This document shows positions 60,675 to 64,000 of a stretch of 64,000 bases of DNA, piece by piece; position 1 is the first letter of the stretch; each line of letters starts with the position of its first letter. The stretch covers positions 11,625,337 to 11,689,336 of the forward strand of contig CM082586.2 in NCBI GenBank assembly GCA_040954595.2. Direction: 5' to 3'. The notes under the pieces are model-generated. The model did not search any database. It worked only from the letters and a program-made list of their open reading frames with translations, and was not told the DNA's origin. Source of the DNA: Balanoglossus misakiensis. Taxonomy: Eukaryota > Animalia > Hemichordata. The translations under genes and the position numbers were made by a program.

Positions 60675-63600
60675 AGCGTTCGTTAGCAACGTTGATCAAG
60701 TCAGATTTCCTACGGCATGGCTTTGCTAAAGCCCTGACACTCTAGAGCAGAAACACGCGTACAGAGACCACGTTGATCTACTCACATTTCCTTCGGCCTG
60801 GCACGGCTGATGCCCCGGCACTATATATAGGACACAGACTGGCGTAAGTTAACAACGGTAATCACGTCGGGTTTCCTACGGCCTGGCTCAGCTGAAGCCC
60901 CGGCACTCTAGAGCAGAAACAGTTGCACACTGGTAACGTTGAACAAGTCGATTTTTCTACGGCTTGGCTCGGCTAAATCTCGTCACAATATGACAGACAC
61001 TAGCGTACGTTAGCAACGGTGATCAAGTCAGATTTCCTACGGCATGGCTTTGCTAAAGCCCTGACACTCTAGAGCAGAAACACGCGTACAGAGACCACGT
61101 TGATCTACTCACATTTCCTTCGGCCTGGCACGGCTGATGCCCCGGCACTATATATAGGACACAGACTGGCGTAAGTTAACAACGGTAATCACGTCGGGTT
61201 TCCTACGGCCTGGCTCAGCTGAAGCCCCGGCACTCTAGAGCAGAAACAGGCGTACATTGACCACGTTGATCAAGTCAGATTTCCTACGGCGTGACTCGGC
61301 TGGTGCACCGGCTCTATATGACACAGACTGGCGTAAGTTATCAACGGTGATTATGTCGGATTTCCTACGGCATGGTTTAGCTAAAGCCCCGGCACTTTAG
61401 AGCAGAAACAGGCGTACATTGACCACGTTGATCAAGTCATATTTCCTACGGCGTGACTCGGCTGGTGCACCGGCTCTATATGACACAGACTGGCGTGAGT
61501 TATCAACGGTGATTACGCCGGATTTCCTACGGCATGGTTTAGCTGAAGCCCCGGCACTTTAGAGCGGAAACACGCGTACATTGACCACGATGATCAAGTC
61601 AGATCTCCTACGGCCTGGCTCGACTAAAACCCCGGCACACCATGACAGACACTAGCGTTCGTTAGCAACGGTGATCAAGTCGGATTTCCTTCGGCCTGGC
61701 TCTGCAAAAGACCCCACACATTAGTACAAAGACGTTGGCTAAGTCAGGCAAACCGAAGAGGGAAAGTCACAGCGGGTCAACACTCGACATTTGTTCGGGT
61801 AGGACTGCATTATTGCCTGTCAATTTATAGAGAAAGCCCGAATTTAACCAGGGCGTTTCAAACACCGACGTTATTTGGGGGCACGGCCTGCAGTACTGCC
61901 GGGTAAGCTGACATCGGCGTACCGCATATAATGTAGGGGGGGGGACAGAACGGTTCAATACTACATTTATTAGATATCAGCTAATTTTGGACAATCATCT
62001 AAAATCTAAATCATTTTTTCATATTTGGATATCTGATGATGTATGAAATTTCCATTATATGTAAAAATGGTGCTGATTATAAAAAATGCACTCTGAATGA
62101 GCTGATTTAATACAAAATTGCGTTTTATTCGTTTTTGCACCAAAAAGGTCATTTTTAGGCAAAACATTCTTTATTTTTTTATTCGGTGACCTGATCATAT
62201 ATAAGCAATTGCTTGCATGTTAAAAGTTTTTATGACTTTTAAAAGCAGTGACACTGGCGGCATTCAACACGAAAATAACAATTTTAACCACAATTTGGTC
62301 AAAATGGTAAATTTTTGAAAATTACAAAAAATACCTGTTTTCTACATTTTCGGAAATCTGATGGAGTATAGAATGCTCGTCGTATATATATATCGATACC
62401 AATTCCACAAAAGACCGTCTAATTTGGCTCACTGCAGACAAAATTGCGTTTTACCAAATTTTCCTTGAAAATGTCATTTTTAGAAAAATAAAATAAAAAA
62501 ACCTTCGTTCTTCGAATTTAGTGCCCTGATCATATATGACATGTTGATTGTATGTTAAAACTTTCGACCACTCCAAAAATGCAGAGATATTGACGGAATT
62601 CAAGAAAAAATAGCCATTTTGGCCATATTTTGACAAAATGGTACATTTTTAAAAAATCATAAAAAATAAAACTCTTTTCTTCATTTTCGGAAATATTATG
62701 GAGCATGAAGTGTCGTTCTCTTGTAAAAAGTGCTGCAAATTCCAGAAAATGTGGTATAATTTGAATCACCCAAGACAAAATTACCATTTTCGACTTGTTT
62801 TCGAAAAATTGTCTTTTTTACAAAATAAATAAGAATAAATTCTTTTCTTAGTTTCAAACGGGTAGAGATACTTTCCACACGGGTTTTCTAACATTGAATT
62901 CCCGTTCATCAACTCAGATTTCCTACAGCATAAGTCGGCTAAAACCCTGACACTCTAGAGCAGAAACAGTTGCACACTGATAACGTTGAACAAGTCGATT
63001 TTTCTACGGCCTGGCTCGGCTAAATCTCGTCACAATATGACAGACACTAGCGTACGTTAGCAACGGTGATCAAGTCAGATTTTCAACGGCATGGGTTGGA
63101 TAAAGCGCCGGCACTCTAGAGCAGAAACACGCGTACAGAGACCACGTTGATCAAGTCTGATCTCCTACGGCTTGGCTCGACTAAAACCCCGGCACACTAT
63201 GACAGACACTAGCGTTCGTTAGCAACGTTGATCAAGTCAGATTTCCTACGGCATGGCTTTGCTAAAGCCCTGACACTCTAGAGCAGAAACACGCGTACAG
63301 AGACCACGTTGATCTACTCACATTTCCATCGGCCTGGCACGGCTGATGCCCCGGCACTATATATAGGACACAGACTGGCGTAAGTTAACAACGGTGATTA
63401 CGTCGGATTTCCTACGGCCTGGTTTAGCTGAAGCCCCGGCACTTTAGAGCGGAAACACGCGTACATTGACCACGTTGATCAAGTCAGATTTCCTTCGGCG
63501 TGACTCGGCTGGTGCACCGGCTCTATATGACACAGACTGGCGTAAGTTATCAACGGTGATTACGTCGGATTTCCTACGGCCTGGTTTAGCTGAAGCCCCG

Positions 63601-64000
63601 GCACTTTAGAGCGGAAACACGCGTACATTGACCACGATGATCAAGTCAGATCTCCTACAGCCTGGCTCGACTAAAACCCCGGCACACCATGACAGACACT
63701 AGCGTTCGTTAGCAACGGTGATCAAGTCGGATTTCCTTCGGCCTGGCTCTGCAAAAGACCCGACACTCTAGTACAAAGACGTTGGCTAAGTCGGGCAAAA
63801 CGAAGAGGGAAAGTCACAGCGGGTCAACACTCGACATTTGGTCGGGTAGGACTGCATTATTGCCTGTCAATTTATAGAGAAAGCCCGAATTTAACCAGGG
63901 CGTTCCAAACACCGACGTTAGTTGGGGGCACGGCCTGCAGTACTGCCGGGTAAGCTGACATCGGCGTACCGCATATAATGTAAGGGGGGGGGGGACAGAA

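Larger units (their letters stand above)
40640..64000 (-). repeat. ~2.05-kb macrosatellite array, - orientation (about 8 units; continues past the window end)
   Basis: The reverse-complement marker TGAATTCCC recurs at ~43310, 45200, 47245, 49305, 56405, 58118, 60165 and 62895. Confidence 0.97.

Noticed and set aside
9544-62878. Recurrent 60-100 aa ORFs in the satellite (MESISTRLKL..., MSKYGQNGYF..., ...TLYAVRRCQL...)
   Set aside because: They mostly have non-ATG starts, frames shift freely between units with homopolymer length, and no domain is recognisable; they recur only because the DNA repeats.

Overview
Repeat-only eukaryotic (animal-type) DNA with no host protein-coding gene. The window is dominated by a ~2.05-kb macrosatellite. 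Each unit has about three diverged ~335-bp AT-rich subrepeats, a poly-C tract, a ~250-bp GC-richer core and about ten 81-bp monomers arranged as 162-bp A/B dimers. The array runs on + from 9.4 to 33.5 kb and on - from 40.6 to 64 kb. It is interrupted by two BEL/Pao LTR retrotransposon families, a full-length Tx1/L1-type LINE and a short L2-type LINE. The block satellite-Tx1-satellite-BEL-B-satellite-BEL-A is mirrored as a giant inverted duplication (arms >22 kb) about a fold-back junction at 36964/37623, with a 658-bp spacer. The first 9.4 kb is another copy of BEL-A. Its gag is split by a 4.25-kb TIR DNA transposon that itself carries an L2 LINE fragment and a TTAA-type MITE. Best leads: (1) BEL-A has no tRNA-type primer-binding site, but an 11-nt PBS exactly complementary to an initiator-like site in its own LTR, suggesting Tf1-like self-priming; (2) the giant palindrome and its junction; (3) a possible Pol III small-RNA cassette and tRNA-like monomers in the satellite (speculative). 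Coordinates were read by eye and may be off by a few bases; no searches were run.
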